A stretch of 64,000 nucleotides of DNA, from contig RDEW01000097.1 in NCBI GenBank assembly GCA_011109175.1, forward strand, positions 31,377 to 95,376, read 5' to 3'. Every line of letters starts with the position of its first letter. The stretch's first letter is position 1. Below the pieces are notes generated by a model. That model saw only the letters and a program-made list of their open reading frames with translations, was not told where the DNA came from and did no database searches. The position numbers and the translations under genes are program-made. This DNA comes from Dicyema japonicum (Eukaryota > Animalia > Dicyemida). This document shows positions 62,500-64,000 of this stretch, one piece after another.

Positions 62500-63215
62500 T
62501 ATGGGGATCGTTTGGTCCTCGTGAAGATTCTATCGTGGATTAATCGTTTGGTCACTGCTAAGTTTCATCCGTAGATTGATCTTATGGACCCTATGAAGTT
62601 TCATCTGTTCCATGAACTCTCAACGGGTCTGAACGAAGCCGTACCATGGAAGTTATTTAAAGAGCTGCTAATGTTATCTAACCAACATCACCGTGCTTGT
62701 TTGTTGTCTTCCGAAAGCGGTGCCTACTTAGCGCCGTTCTTAATGAAGTTTTAACACCTTAATAGATGATGAATGTGTCCGTATTGAAATCTCATTACGA
62801 CTCAGATTTAAAGTCTGTGTTCCGCGTGCGGAGACAAGATTGACTGTTTTTGGTTTACACCCTCTCTCCTGCAGGAAGAGTGCAGTAGACGTCATCTGCA
62901 CCGAAACGTTTGCCCCTAACAACCTACATCAGAGTGCCTCTGGATCCTGTTCTGCCGCTGAGAAGGCCGGAAGATGAAAAAGGGCAAAGTACGCGGTCCT
63001 AATAAATTATTTATTGTTCCCGCTCGCGGTTTAAACGTCTGGTTCATTTGCGCCTGCGACGCATGAATTCCTGATTTGTTTAGGGAATCGGATTTCTACG
63101 GAAACAGTAGAAGATCCTTGTGAGCATTGCTGCTCATTTGACCGTTCGCCATCCTGATAGGAAAAAGCCACACGGTCAGAGCGGTCGCTGTATGATTTTT
63201 TTGTTTAATTTAAAA
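62500..63215 (+). mobile_element. CRE-clade 3' region with the endonuclease core deleted
   Basis: SGAYL, DDECVRIEISLRL, CGDKID.FGLHPLSCRKSA, joined directly to DVICTETFA...AAEKA...K.AKY...PLAV.TSG. Confidence 0.7.
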
Positions 63216-63262
63216 TACAATTAAACAACTATACTAAATATAAAATATTTTTTATTTAAATT

Positions 63263-63585
63263 GTGGCATAGTGGTTAGGTGTCGGGCTAAAGTGGCTTAG
63301 GTTACAGGTTCGATTCTCGTGCTGCTGTTCACCTGATGGAAGGTTCTACGCATCTACGATGCTAGAAAGGCTTGACGAGTGACTCAGTCATCATTGGACT
63401 CTCACTGCGGAACTGAATTGTCTAAAAAAAACCCACACACAAGAAAAAGAAAAAATAGAAGTGAAGATCATTCCTTGGTTCTACGATTAGTTAAAATTAA
63501 CTTTTCTTTACTTAAATAAACTTTGTGTCCTGCATATGCGAAGCTAATACCACGGCTCCGTGAAAAAGGCTGTTATTATTATTAT
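63263..63585 (+). mobile_element. tRNA-derived SINE family A, near full-length
   Basis: A box GTGGCATAGTGG, B box GGTTCGATTC, conserved body and (TTA)n tail. Confidence 0.9.
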
Positions 63586-63659
63586 AGTGTTGTCTTGTTA
63601 TGAGAACTAAGAAAGAACAATCCAAATAAAAAAAAACTGGATTACGAAAGAATGACAAT

Positions 63660-63893
63660 ATTTATTATTAAGAAAATTACCCATTTGCGCGAGTTGTGAG
63701 CGATGTCTCCATGAGTATATTTGAAGAACATCCACTTCGATTTTAATCTTCTGCTCTCATGCTGCCTTCAGGGACGCTTCTGAAGTATTCCTAATATCAT
63801 TGTTCGAAGAAGCTTAATTTCTGTGCAGCTCACGCCAATAGAGTAACCACATATCTCATTGATCTAAAATTGGCTCAGAGATTACGTTTTTAA
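63660..63893 (+). pseudogene. CENPA: Histone H3-family histone fold, cenH3/CENP-A-like, pseudogene
   Basis: Mosaic translation LLLRKLPFARVVSDVSMSIFEEHPLRF*SSALM..QDASEVFLISLFEEANFCAAHANRVTTYLIDLKLAQRLRF*. Several 1-nt frameshifts and a TAA. Confidence 0.75.
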
Positions 63894-64000
63894 CACTTAA
63901 CGACTTCTTTTTAATGTTTGATGCTTTGTTATTTTAAGCTTATTTACCTATGATTAGCAAATATTTGACGATATGTTGTTTTTGGAGAGTAAACACTTAG

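Noticed and set aside
22955-63893. Alternative genetic code (TAA/TAG = Gln) to explain the in-frame stops
   Set aside because: Some stops fall at Gln positions, but others replace Trp, Glu, Leu or Arg, and they co-occur with frameshifts and lost splice sites. This fits ordinary decay.

Overview
This is AT-rich eukaryotic DNA with no intact protein-coding gene that I can support. It is a graveyard of transposons and pseudogenes. Three decayed host-gene copies are recognisable: a near full-length polo-like kinase (PLK1-type, 22955-24823), an N-terminal fragment of DNAJC13/RME-8 (~49840-50730) and a cenH3/CENP-A-like histone fold (~63660-63893). The PLK1 and RME-8 copies carry very small 21-26 nt GT-AG introns. 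The proteins look animal-like, so the source is probably a reduced animal parasite such as a dicyemid or myxozoan (inference). The rest is layered mobile DNA: many CRE-clade non-LTR retrotransposon relics (one with an N-terminal PHD finger), an R4/Dong-like element, Jockey/I-like and RTE LINE pieces with many very short 3' stubs, two tRNA-derived SINE families, pogo/Tigger, several hAT elements with nested LINEs, a Ginger-type integrase and MITE-like TIR elements. The most notable observations are inverted-repeat elements enclosing captured sequence (the RME-8 fragment; a LINE gag fragment), a tRNA-Lys ending in CCA fused directly to a SINE, host-sized introns inside two transposase/integrase genes, and a conserved multi-hairpin SINE core. 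All assignments come from manual translation and motif recall, not database searches, and boundaries of decayed elements are approximate.
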